64,000 nucleotides of DNA from Eledone cirrhosa (taxonomy: Eukaryota), in assembly GCA_964016885.1 (NCBI GenBank), contig OZ024752.1, forward strand, positions 29,822,001-29,886,000, given 5' to 3'. The notes beneath the pieces are model-generated. The model made no database searches. It saw only the letters and a program-made list of their open reading frames with translations, and was not told where the DNA came from. The position numbers and the translations under genes are program-made. Shown in pieces: positions 1 through 12,122 of the stretch. How positions within the stretch are numbered: position 1 is the first letter of the stretch; every line of letters begins with the position of its first letter.

Positions 1-67
1 TGATGAAGTTGATGCTGATATATGTAGTTACATCTAGTTTTAATAGTCTGAATAACAACATTAAACG

Positions 68-510
68 AAATATATAAAATATATAAAATATATAAAATAT
101 ATAAAATATATATAAAATATATAAAATATATAAAATATATATAAAATATATAAAATATATAAAATATATAAAATATATAAAATATATAAAATATATATAA
201 AATATATAAAATATATAAAATATATATAAAATATATAAAATATATAAAATATATAAAATATATAAAATATATAAAATATATATAAAATATATAAAATATA
301 TAAAATATATAAAATATATAAAATATATAAAATATATAAAATATATAAAATATATAAAATATATATAAAATATATAAAATATATAAAATATATATAAAAT
401 ATATAAAATATATAAAATATATAAAATATATAAAATATATAAAATATATATAAAATATATAAAATATATAAAATATATAAAATATATAAAATATATAAAA
501 TATATATAAA
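68..510. repeat. 9-bp AT-only tandem repeat (AAAATATAT)n with occasional 11-bp units
   Basis: Directly visible periodicity; gives the spurious YILYIL/FYIFYI part of ORF 61..1035. Confidence 0.95.
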
Positions 511-538
511 ACTGTTGATCACATGTCTCTTACTGTTT

Positions 539-596
539 TTATAGTAATCCTCTAGAAGAGAGGAAATCAATGACTGCATTAAAAATATCATTGTTT
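539..596 (-). CDS. Candidate terminal coding exon of the ankyrin-repeat gene (A+AAC... = NNDIFNAVIDFLSSRGLL*)
   Basis: On the minus strand a long (CT)n polypyrimidine tract ends in ...ctaatatag|AAACAATG. The phase matches the 2-nt overhang (GT) of exon 7007-6901, giving GTA=Val, then 18 codons and TAA at 541-539. No homology check was possible. Confidence 0.3.
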
Positions 597-602
597 CTAT
601 AT

Positions 603-996
603 TAGAGAGAGAGAGAGAGAGAGATAGACGGAGAGAGAGAGAGGGAGGCGGAGAGAGAGAGACGGTGAAAGAGAGAGAGAGACGGAGAGACGGAGAGAGA
701 GAGACGGAGAGAGAGAGACGGAGAGAGAGAGACGGAGAGAGAGACAGACGGAGAGAGAGACAGACGGAGAGAGAGAGAGAGAGACGGAGAGAGAGACAGA
801 CGGAGAGAGGGAGAGAGGGAGAGAGACGGAGAGAGAGAGAGACGGGGAGAGAGAGAGAGACGGAGAGAGAGAGAGAGACGGAGAGAGAGAGACGGAGAGA
901 GAGAGATGGAGAGAGAGACAGACGGAGAGAGAGAGAGAGACGGAGGGAGAGAGACGGAGAGAGAGAAGGAGAGAGAGAGGGAGAGAGAGCGAGAGA
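603..996. repeat. Compound GA-rich microsatellite (GA)n / GAGAGAGACG
   Basis: Directly visible; source of the ER-rich and SL-rich ORFs. Confidence 0.95.
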
Positions 997-1098
997 CTTG
1001 TGATAATCATTGATTCTGTTTATCATATATACCACCCAACAATCTATGTAATAAACAAAAGTTCAAATGCCAGCTTTTGCAATAACTTCTGTTTTTTT

Positions 1099-3914
1099 TC
1101 TGTTATGACCCCTTCCCCCCCCCACTACTGCTACCATCTATCTGTTATGACCCCTTCCACCCCACCACTACTGCTACCATCTATCTGTTATGACCCCTTC
1201 CACCCCACCACTACTGCCACCATCTATCTGTTATGACCCCTCCCCACCTACTACTGACACCATCTATCTGTTATGAACCCCCTCCTCACCCCACCACTAC
1301 TGCCACCATCTATCTGTTATGACCCCCTCCTGCCCCCCACCACCACTCCCACCATCTATCTGTTATGACACCCCTCCTCGCCCCCACCACTACTGCCACC
1401 ATCTATCTATTATGACACCCCTCCTCACCCCCACCACCACTGCCACCATCTATCTGTTATGACCCCTACCCCCCACCACTACCACTACTGCCACCATCGA
1501 TCTGTTATGACCCCTTCCCCCCACCACTACTGCTACCATCTATCTGTTATGACCCCCTCCTGCCCCCCACCACTACTGCCACCATCTATCTGTTATGAGC
1601 CCCTCCTGCCCCCACCACTACTGTCACAATCTATCTGTTATGACACCCCTCCTCCCCCCACCACTACTGCCACCATCTATCTGTTATGACCCCCTCCTTC
1701 CCCCCACCACCACTCCCACCATCTATCTGTTATGACCCCCTCCTGCCCCCCACCACTACCACTACTGCCACCATCTATCTGTTATAACACCCCTCCTCAC
1801 TCCCGCCACTACTGCTACCATCTATCTGTTATGACCCCTTCCCCCCACCACTACTGCCACCATCTATCTGTTATGACCCCTTCCCCCCACCACTACTGCC
1901 ACCATCTATCTGTTATGACCCCTTCCCCCCACCACTACTGCCACCATCTATCTGTTATGACACCCCTCCTCCCCTCCTCCCCCACACCACTACTGCCATC
2001 ATCTATCTGTTATGACCCCTTCCCCCACCACTACTGTCACCATCTATCTGTTATGACCCCTTCCCCCCACCACTACTGCCACCATCTATCTGTTATGAAC
2101 CCCACCTGCCCCCCACCACTACTGCCACCATCTATCTGTTATGACTCCTCCTGCACCCCACCACTACTGTCACCATCTATCTGTTATGACCCCTTCCCCC
2201 CACCACTACTGCCACCATCTATCTGTTATGACCCCCTCCTGCCCCCCACCACTACTGCCACCATCTATCTGTTATGAACCCCACCTGCCCCCCACCACTA
2301 CTGCCACCATCTATCTGTTATGACTCCTCCTGCACCCCACCACTACTGTCACCATCTATCTGTTATGACCCCCTCCTTCCCCCCACCACCACTCCCACCA
2401 TCTATCTGTTATGACCCCTTCCCCCCACCACTACTGCCACCATCTATCTGTTATGAACCCCACCTGCCCCCCACCACTACTGCCACCATCTATCTGTTAT
2501 GAACCCCACCTGCCCCCCACCACTACTGCCACCATCTATCTGTTATGACCCCCTCCTGCCCCCCACCACTACTGCCACCATCTATCTGTTATGACCCCCC
2601 CCCCACTACTGCCACCATCTATCTGTTATGACACCCCTCCTCACCCCTCCACCACTGCCACCATCTATCTGTTATGACACCCCTCCTCACCCCCACCACC
2701 ACTGCCACCATCCATCTGTTATGACCCCCTCCTGCCCCACCACTACTGCCACCATCTATCTGTTATGACCCCTTCCTCCCACCACTACTGCCACCATCTA
2801 TTTCTTATGACCCCTTCCCCACCACCACTACTGCCACCATCTATCTGTTATGACCCCTTCCCCCCACCACTACTGCCACCATCTATCTGTTATGACCCCT
2901 CCCCCACCACCACTACTCCCACCATCTATCTGTTATGACCCCTTCCTCCCCCCACCACTACTGCCACCATCTATCTGTTATGACCCCCTCCTGCCCCCCA
3001 CCACTACTGCCACCATCTATCTGTTATTACACCCCACCTCCCCTCCTCCCCCACACCACTACCACCATCTATCTGTTATGACCCCTTCCCCACCACCACT
3101 ACTGCCACCATCTATCTGTTATGACCCCTTCCCCCCACCACTACTCCCACCATCTATCTGTTATGACCCCTTCCCCACCACCACTATTGCCACCATCTAT
3201 CTGTTATGACACCCCCCCCACCACTACTGTCACCATCTATCTGTTATGACCCCCCCCACTACTGCCACCATCTATCTGTTATGACACCCCTCCTCACCCC
3301 CTCCACTACTGCGACCATCTATCTGTTATGACACCCCTCCTCACCCCCACCACCACTGCCACCATCCATCTGTTATGACCCCCTCCTGCCCCACCACTAC
3401 TGCCACCATCTATCTGTTATGACTCCCTCCTGCCCCCCACCACCACTACTGCCACCATCTATCTGTTATGACCGCCTCCTGCCCCCACCACTACTGCTAC
3501 CATCTATCTGTTATGACCCCCCTCCTACCCCCACCACCACTGCCACCATCTATCGGTTATGACCCCTTCCTCTCCCCACCACCACCACCACTGCCACCAT
3601 CTATCTGTTATGACACCCCCCCCCCCACCACTGCCACCATCTATCTGTTATGATCCCCTCCTGCCCCCCGTCACGACTGCCACCATCTATCTGTTATGAC
3701 ACCCCTCCACCCCACACCATCTATCTGTTATGACACCTTCCTCTCCCCACCACCACCACTGCCACCATCTATCTGTTATGACCCCCCCACCCCCACCACT
3801 GCCACCATCTATCTGTTATGACCCCCCCCCCCCCCACACACACCACAACCACTGCCACCATCTATCTGTTATGACCCCTTCCTCTCCCCGCCACCACCAC
3901 CACTGCCACCATCT
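1099..3914. repeat. Variable-unit (~35-50 bp) C-rich minisatellite with a near-constant core CCACCATCTATCTGTTATGA
   Basis: The core recurs roughly 65-70 times (estimate), separated by related C/CAC-rich linkers of varying length. Confidence 0.95.
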
Positions 3915-4009
3915 AACGCCTTCCCTCCTTATACTAGTAGCTATATGTCAGTCCATATCCGGGTGGTCTTTCTAACAATTTTATGAAAAAAAAAATTTTT
4001 TAAATACAA

Positions 4010-4074
4010 CATATGTATATATATATACATGTATATATATATACATGTATATATATATATACATGTATATATAT

Positions 4075-4138
<64 letters not shown>

Positions 4139-4180
4139 ATGTATGTATATATATATTCATATATATATATATATATACAC

Positions 4181-4223
<43 letters not shown>

Positions 4224-4566
4224 AATATATATATATACATGTATGTGTGTATATATATATATATGAATATATATATATACATACATGTATGTGTGTATAT
4301 ATATATATATATATACATATGAATATATATATATACATGTATGTGTATATATATATATGTATGAATATATATATACATGTATGTGTATATATATACATGT
4401 ATGTATATATACATATATAAATGCATGTATATATACATATAAATGTAAATGTATGTATATATATATGTATGTATATATGTATGTATGTATATATATATAT
4501 GTATGTATATCTATATATATATATATATGTATGTATATATATATATGTATGTATATATATATGTAT

Positions 4567-4598
<32 letters not shown>

Positions 4599-5012
4599 CT
4601 ATATAAATATGTATGTTTGTATATATATATATATATGCATATATATATGTATGTATATATGTATATATATCTATGTATATATATATATATGTATGTATAT
4701 ATATATATATGTATTTATGTATATATATATGTATATATATATGTATGTATATATATATATATATGTATGTATATATATATGTATATATATGTATATATAT
4801 GTACATATATATATATATATGTATATATATATGTACATATATTTATATATATATATGTACATATATATATATATATATATATGTACATATATATATATAT
4901 ATGTATGTACATATATATATATGTATGTACATATATATATATATGTATGTACATATATATATATATATATATATACATATACACATACCTATATATATAC
5001 ATATGCACATAC

Positions 5013-5043
<31 letters not shown>

Positions 5044-5090
5044 CATGCATATATATATACACATGCATATATATATATATATACACATGC

Positions 5091-5137
<47 letters not shown>

Positions 5138-5232
5138 CATTTATATATATATATACACATACATTTATATATATATATATATAAATGTATGTATGTATGT
5201 ATATATATATGTATATATAATTATATATGTAT
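4010..5232. repeat. Long compound (TA)n / TATG / TACA microsatellite
   Basis: Directly visible; source of the YIYIYI ORFs on both strands. Confidence 0.95.
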
Positions 5233-5353
5233 AAAGTTCTTGATAGTTTACAGCCCATATTATAACTTTCTAATTTTGGAAGAGTGCCATTTCACTGAAT
5301 GTAAGATCACACAAGAAGACGACATATCCTTGAGCAAAAGGACATTGTAATGG

Positions 5354-5420
5354 ATAATAATAATAATAACAATAATATAAACAATAACAACAACAACAAC
5401 AATAATAATAATAATAAAAA
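5354..5420. repeat. (AAT)n/(AAC)n microsatellite
   Basis: Directly visible. Confidence 0.9.
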
Positions 5421-5587
5421 TAAAATTCCATAAAGAGGAGTGGAATTTCAAAAAACCCCAGCAAAACAGCGGTGTACTAGACACTCACATGATTTAGTTA
5501 CATTCCTTTCTGCTGTGAGTTCAAACCTGCCTAAGTTGACTTAGTTTTTCATCTATCTATTTATTGCTAGTGAAATAAGTTACCCCT

Positions 5588-5682
5588 GAAGGCCAACAGC
5601 CGAGTGGTTAGGGTGTTGCTCTTATAGTCATAATATCATGGAATTGATTCCTGAACCTGAGTGACATGATGTGTTCTTGAGA
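5588..5682 (+). mobile_element. Degenerate tRNA-derived SINE head fragment
   Basis: A-box-like GCCGAGTGGTTAG, B-box-like TTGATTCC, then GTGTTCTTGAG resembling the CORE-like segment of the 19027 copy. Confidence 0.5.
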
Positions 5683-5724
5683 AAAAAAAACATCCCATTT
5701 AAGGCCTGTCCAGTGAATTTAGAG

Positions 5725-6580
5725 TAAAACTACTTTGTAGCAGTGCTGATGTCTCTGTAATTCCAAACTTTACCATTTTCCAAATGTTGAGCTTGCTTTA
5801 TGTGAACATGTCTTTAGAGAAGGCTAGATAGGCAGGTAAACCTTTTCACTGCTTGGAGACAGTATTTTTTACCATTATTTTTTGGCTCTGTGTATGCAAA
5901 ACCTGGTGAGAGCTGGGTACATCACTTCAGTTTTTTTTGGTGCTGGTAGTCATGGCAAAAAAGTTGCAGGCCACAGAGAGCATGTCCATGTTTTGTTGCA
6001 TATTGTTAGTAGTGCTAGAATTCAGTGCACAATTAAATGGAAAGAGGTGGTGGTGGTGGTCACAAATATTGGTGGTTTGAACTTTAGTGACTACTTTGAG
6101 GAGTGCAATATTGGAGAGAATGCCATCCATTCTGTAATGGATGTAAACACTTGGAGAAAGATTTATTCCTGAAGGTATCTCTGAGCATGGCTGGGAGAGA
6201 ACATTCTGAGCAACAGAATCAAAGCCAGTATAGACCTCACCGCTGCTTTACACCCTTACTGAGAAGGAAATCTGTTAATATTTTATCGTCATTGAGAACA
6301 TGAGACATGAGCCATGTTTGTGAGAGATCAGGTCAGAGGACTGTGATTCGCTCACACAGAACTGATCTTCACAAAATTGTCTGACAATGCTAGTAAATTT
6401 GTCTGGGCAGCTAAACTTAGAGATAATCTTCCAGAGGATTTTGTAACTTATAGTGTCAAATACCTTGGTCAAGTGAACAAATGTAAAATGTATAAAGTTC
6501 ATGGTGGTTGTTTGTTCATTGCATTTCAGTTGTAGCTGTCTCATATACAATATCAGCGACAATTTAAATATTTCCATTGG
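5725..6580 (-). mobile_element. Decayed RTE-clade LINE reverse transcriptase fragment
   Basis: Frameshifted translations follow RTE/BovB-type RT motif order: RQLQLKCNEQ...FVHLTKVFDTISYKILWKIISKFSCPDKFTSIVRQF, then CALNSSTTNNMQQNMDMLSVACNFFAMTTSTKK/TEVMY, then ASSTFGK...VWNYRDISTATK. Confidence 0.85.
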
Positions 6581-6900
6581 CAGATGGCATTTGTTTAAGC
6601 AATTATTAGAAAATAGGCTCCCTGTAGAGGAGATGATTTTATCTTCAGATCAACGTAGCTGTGCAATCTATTCATTTATTGAAGCCATATCAAGCTATGA
6701 GTTTCTATATGTAATTAACTCTAAAAAGTTTAACAAAACATAAGGAAGGTTGGCGACTGATATCAGTTTAATGGCGAAGTTTATCTCAGTATATTACGTA
6801 AATAAAACTGCAGGAGTAAATTTGAATAAGAAAATGATATTCATAACTTCTTAAATGTATGAAATTGTTATAACTAGGAATGGAAATCAAAAGAACTCAC

Positions 6901-7007
6901 ACGTTGTTTTTGTCCTGCTTGTTGATCTCAGCTCCATTTTCAACAAGAAGTTTACATATTCCTAAATGTCCATGGTAAGAGGAGTAAAATAAAGGCGTCT
7001 CCTGATT
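6901..7007 (-). CDS. Internal exon encoding one ankyrin repeat (NQETPLFYSSYHGHLGICKLLVENGAEINKQDKNN)
   Basis: Minus strand: acceptor ttgttttgttctgttttacag|AAT at 7007 and donor ...AACGT|gtgagt at 6900. The stop-free frame matches the ankyrin consensus G-x-TPLH-x-A-x-x-x-GH-x-x-I/V-V-K-LL-x-x-x-GA-x-I/V-N-x-x-D. Confidence 0.85.
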
Positions 7008-7484
7008 CTGTAAAACAGAACAAAACAATACGAAAAATATAAAAAAAATATGAAAATGGCTTGTCAAACTAAAAAAAAAAATAATCAGTGCATTTTTGTG
7101 GGGGTGGAAGGTGTGGGTGGCGAAGAGAGAGGAATGTCTGAAGATATTTCCTCACATACTTCCACAGATGTTAGGATTTAGAATAGATTACATGAAATTA
7201 TATTCTGACTGTGGATATAAAAGATGGATTAAAGGAAAATTGTATATGCTTCTAGTATGAGAAAACCTAGTCTTGAAAGTAGTGGTTTTAAAGTTATTTC
7301 TTTTAAGATATATACCATATAGTTACTTGGAAATTACTAGTAGGAAAAGTTGGGATTATTTTTGTTGTTTTTTCATGTTCCTGAAAATTTTAGAAAAGAG
7401 ATTGATCCCAATTGTGACATACCAAAAGTTATGATTAGAAAAAAAACAAGGCTAAACTGAAAGAAAAGACTTTAACATATAAAT

Positions 7485-7660
7485 TATCATCATTGTTTAA
7501 CGTCTATCTTCCATGCTAGCATGGGTTAGATGGGAATTGTCCCACTTGAAGTAAGATTGGTCGAGTGACTGTGTCTAGCTCATATGGGACTGTTTCTGGC
7601 AGGTTTTCTACAGCTGGATGCCCTTCCTAATGCCAACCACATTTACAGTGTGGACTGAAA
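7485..7660 (-). mobile_element. 3' part of a SINE or non-autonomous element with RTE-type body and tail
   Basis: Reverse complement contains GGTTGGCATTAGGAAGGGCATCCAGCTGTAGAAAAC and CCCATGCTAGCATGGAAGATAGACGTTAAAC+(ATG)n, matching 19260-19372. Confidence 0.8.
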
Positions 7661-7783
7661 GCCTTTTTACTGTGTCTCCTACATGACAAATATAAGTATA
7701 TATAAATATAAGTATATTTTGGAGTTGTAATTGTTTGATAAATGAATTGGTCTGAGATCAGTCTGCTGAAAGAGAAACAATTA

Positions 7784-8142
7784 AAGTATTTGCTGGCCTA
7801 TTGGACGCACCTTTTTACCTCTAAAAAAAAAACAAAAACGTATAAAAAAACATCTTCCTTACATCCAATACACCCATATTACCAATGGGAGACTGAACAG
7901 AGGGTGAGGACAATCGTGGTTTTAAAAAATTAGTATTTATTACTATTAGTATTACTAATACAGTAATACAATTCATATAAACAAAATTATGTTGAACTTA
8001 TATAAAAGTTTCTGAGAAAACAATGAAATAATTTAAAATAAATTTATGAAGAAACGCACTAAAGTTCTTTTTTCTCAAAATGACTTTGTAAAACCAGGGG
8101 GCGTCTTATAGGAAGGGGTCTTTAATAGGCCAACAAATACAG
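7784..8142. mobile_element. Tc2/pogo-like MITE remnant
   Basis: Inverted repeats GTATTTGCTGGCCTATT (7786-7802) and AATAGGCCAACAAATAC (8124-8140) match at 16/17. The right end is followed by TA, and the internal GACGCACC / GGCGTCTTATAG subterminal motifs resemble TcMar-Tc2 ends. Confidence 0.6.
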
Positions 8143-9022
8143 TACATAGAGGAAGAGATATTTTATCCATTTAAAAGCGCGCAAAAAATGTTACATTCAT
8201 TTTATTTTTTTTTTCTTATGAAGTGCCGAAAAGTTTTGTTGCACTTCTGTGACCTCGTCACTGACACATTTTCACTGCATCGACAGAGATGCAGCAATAA
8301 TATTAATTTAACAATATATTGATTGTTCTTCTCTATAGCGATGCAGATTATGAGCCTATGAAAGACATTGATTATTGAAGATAAGTTTATATGTTTGGAC
8401 TGAGAATAACCAAAGCCAATAGAATATTGTATTGCATCCAGTTGACTACTTTACTGCTCTGAGTAAAATATTGCCAGACTTTGTCAGATTTGGTCCTTTA
8501 TCCATGCAGAGTTATGCTAGACTTTATATTTCATCCATCCAGAATTAATAAGATAACTTTTAATAATACATGATCAGGACAGCATCTTGTACAATTAAAA
8601 ATGTTTCTGTTTGAAGATTAGTGAGGATGTGACTTTTATTTGAACGAAAGTTAGAAATATGCGGTAGAAGTAATATTACAAAGAGATGTATAGGTTACAA
8701 GTAGAGTTTTGAAATATCCTTTGATCAATATTGCAATAATGAGGTTTGATTAGCAATCCCAGGACTCTGTTTATTAAATATAAGATAGAATACAACATTC
8801 TGATTATATAATTAGCAAATATTTAATCTGTTGATACCAACAAAGAATGACACACAATCAATATATAACTAATTATAGCTTAAAAGAAAGATTTCTCTGT
8901 ATGATTGAGACAAGCATCTACGAATGCTTCAGATTTTCCTATGATATAAATAACAGTAACTACAAATATTATTGAGAATATCAGTAATATGAAATATAAA
9001 ATAGATTTTTGTTTTTACTCAG

Positions 9023-9138
9023 TATGAGGGTAGTCTGAAAAGTTCATGGCCTGACTATGAAGGAGTCATGTTAGAGCTGTGAAATCGTGCATGCATTAAT
9101 TTCAACTCTTTTTCAAAGGGTGGGCTGAAAAGTTCATA
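9023..9138 (+). mobile_element. Mariner-like transposon left-end fragment
   Basis: TA+TGAGGGTAGTCTGAAAAGTTCA resembles mariner TIRs (TACGAGGG..TGAAAAGT). The motif is repeated directly at ~9116-9137, and no right TIR was found. Confidence 0.45.
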
Positions 9139-9179
9139 ATTATGATGGGAGGTCTTTTAGGTAACTATAAACGGTTTAA

Positions 9180-10087
9180 CCCTTTTGTTACCATCTAAAC
9201 TATAATAAAGTAAGAAGCGCAGGACTGCGTACGGTTTATAATTTTTTATCCCCTTAGTAAAATAAGTTGGATTACTTTGAATAAATAATGAATGAATATT
9301 ACATAATTTATCTACTAAATTTCGTGGCTGTTCATTAAATATATATTATTATTTATTTAAAGACTCACTTCTTTAAAATTTTCAAATGTCAACACTTCCG
9401 GTGGCGATCGCTTAAATAAATACTCATATATGAGTATTTATTTAATGCAGTTTATATATAATATCATCTTTTTTTTAATGTATCATGGATTACGTTACTG
9501 ATTACATAAGACAGTGTAACAACGTCTTCGTTCAATTTCTGTTTATATTGTCAATTACGATTTTATTTGATGTATCATATCTACATGTATATATACTTGC
9601 ATAAAATATCAATATACACATTACACATACAAGCAGAAAAACACCCTAAGGGTGGTTTTTCTGTTAGTATTTATAATGAAATATACTTTCTTTCAATTAA
9701 TTAAATCAGAATTTTGAAGGATTTACTCATATGATTAATTATTTCATTCATATAATTGTTTCTACTTTAGGCACAAGGCCAGCAATTACCCAGTGCAATA
9801 CTGGTACTTTATTCTATCGACCCCGTAAGGATGAAAGGCAAAGTCAACCTCGGCGGGGTTTGAACTCAGATCGTAAAGGGTCGTAACTATGCTGGAAAGC
9901 ATGACGTCCAACCCTCTACCGATACTGCCAATCCACTGCCCTTTTTCATTCCTAATATAATAATATATGGTTCTTGTTAATATCGTGTTGGAAGATATAA
10001 ATTTATATAGGAATTGTTTGAAATGGGTGGTTTTCTTTCATAGAACCAGGACCAGGACCAGTTTTGGTCGGTTTAGTATCAAAAGGG
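9180..10087. mobile_element. piggyBac-type MITE flanked by TTAA, carrying a SINE insertion
   Basis: TTAA (9176-9179)+CCCTTTTGTTACC ... AGTATCAAAAGGG+TTAA (10088-10091). TIRs match at 11/13, and CCC...GGG ends with a TTAA TSD are piggyBac hallmarks. Confidence 0.75.
9752..9941 (-). mobile_element. ~190-bp tRNA-derived SINE (family A), inside the piggyBac MITE
   Basis: Near-identical to the copies at 12805, 15206, 15641, 15848 and 26459. It has an A-box (TGGCAGTATCGG), a B-box (GAGTTCAAA.CC) and the central CTTTGCCTTTCATCCTTACGGGGTCGATA.AATAAAGTACCAG domain (Meta-domain-like, from recall). Confidence 0.9.
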
Positions 10088-10753
10088 TTAAAATAAACAG
10101 CTTTGTGTCATAGAAGCAGGGTGGTTTCAGGCAGTTTGGAACATAAATTAACAAAGGTTCTTACATATAATTATGATGGAATGTTTTCATATAAATATAG
10201 ATACTTCAAACTAAACAGCCTAGTATCATAGAATCAGGGATGGTTTTAAGTAGTTTGGAATTGAAAGGGTTATTGTTAAGTAAGTTGTAACTTATAGCAG
10301 AAAAAGTAAAATCAATTGAAGAAAAATATATAGGGAGAAGTTTGTGTTTCCAGATCTAGAAATGTAACTGACTGCTCCTTTATTACTTGGAAAGTAGTTT
10401 AAACAAACTGTTGTTATAAAGATGCAAGAAAATGTTTGTTTAAATGGTTAAAAATAAGTGAGAAGCAGCAATATGTAAACATCTAAAAAGCTTCTGTGTA
10501 CTTTAGAATGATATTCCCTTCAATTCAGATGAATGTTAGTCAAAATAGAAGAATATTAGTTTCAGTACAAGTGAAGATTATCACTAAAGTCAGAACTATA
10601 TGTTTTAATAATATACATGTGAAGACTAACAGCAATAGGGTGTTAGATTCCTTAAGAATGATAATGATATCTGGAAATGTATTAGACATGCAGTCTCTTT
10701 CCCAGTAATAACAATATAATCTGTCATAAGAATAACATTAGAATTGCAAGAGA

Positions 10754-10757
<4 letters not shown>

Positions 10758-10815
<58 letters not shown>
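10758..10815. repeat. (TC)n microsatellite
   Basis: Directly visible. Confidence 0.95.
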
Positions 10816-10817
<2 letters not shown>

Positions 10818-11868
10818 GTTTGACCAGTTTGTGGGCGTTTGTCAGTAATGCTATATAATGCAGAAATAAAACTGAAAACTAGGAAGTCTGAATTATCTTT
10901 TATCTGTTCATAAATATTACAAAATACCCGGAAATGAAAATAAACAACATGATATCAGTATAACAATATTATTTTCTTCAACTTTCTCAACTATGTGTCA
11001 TTAATAAGAGGTTTGTATAAAACTATACTATACTAGTCTTCCTCTAAATAATTATACATCTGACTTTAGATACAATAAAAAGATAAGGTTGAAAGTAGAT
11101 TCAAAGATCCTTTTCCCATGGGTTGGCAACAGAAGATAAATTATTTGCACTTGCATTCCATATTATTTGGTATCCAGAAGTAAAACTCAACCAGCTGACA
11201 TCATCTGGCTTTGATGATTGCCATTGAGACACAGCAAATTTTTAGGCTTTTTTCCCTTTCTTAAATGGTACATTTAACTCCCACACGTATTTATATCAAA
11301 CTTTCATGTTCTTATTAATTGAATACTATGCTTCTAAAATTTATTTCAAAATTGCTTTATTATTATTATTATTATTTTTATTTTACTGTTAAGTCAGGGA
11401 GAGAAGGGCACTGCCTATGACTCTTTTCAGGGCCTCCAAGACTACTATATGAGTGGGAGAGGAAGGGAAGGAGGAGGCATTCTAAAACTAGAGATCTAAC
11501 CCTAGGGATACTTTCAACAGAATGAACTCCACTAAAGACATCTAAGGGTCAGGTAATGGTATTACTCCCAGCAACACAGTAAGTCCACCATTCATGTAGG
11601 CCACTGAAAGATTTGGACTCAGAATACAGCAAGGTATCTCATTTGATGGATCTAACAACTCTGATAATTCCTTGCCTAAATTTATTGTTATTTGGTATTT
11701 TTGTTATCCCTGCTTTAAACATCTGAAAACAAAACCTCTTGAAGGTAAATATGATCGGTCTTAGCCATTTTAAAGTAGTCAACATAACTTTTTATCTTTA
11801 GCCTTCAAAAAGGAAATAAAAACAGAGAAATTTAGTCTTATTTTATATATTTAAACATCAACTATTTA

Positions 11869-12122
11869 AAGTGACTGAGAGTACAAGACTTACTGGGCAG
11901 AATGCCAGTCTATTGCAGAATTAACTCCTCAGCTACTGCTGGTACTCATTCTCAGCTGAGTGTACTGGAGCAGGCTGGCTCTTATCCCCTGTTTCCTTGG
12001 CATTAAGTGACTAAGAATACAAGACCCTCCCTGGTTAGGGCACTGGTCTATTGTGGGATTAACTCCCCAGGTACTGCTGGTACTCACTCTCAGCTTAGTA
12101 TACTGGACCAGTGTGAAATAAA
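11869..12122 (-). mobile_element. Two tandem partial copies of SINE family B
   Basis: The segment AAGTGACT.AGA.TACAAGAC...TTAACTCC..TACTGCTGGTACTCA.TCTCAGCT occurs at ~11869 and ~12005, and matches 20851-20975. Confidence 0.75.

Noticed and set aside
1099-3914. CRISPR-like repeat-spacer appearance
   Set aside because: The linkers are homologous low-complexity C/CAC runs rather than unique spacers. There is no palindromic repeat, leader or cas gene, and the context is eukaryotic.
61-5350. Long ORFs of YI, SL, ER and P/H repeats
   Set aside because: These are translations of microsatellites and the minisatellite.
8339-8378. Plus-strand acceptor followed by DADYEPMKDIDY*
   Set aside because: It is too short, has no recognisable domain or partner exon, and lies opposite the ankyrin exon, so it is compatible with chance.
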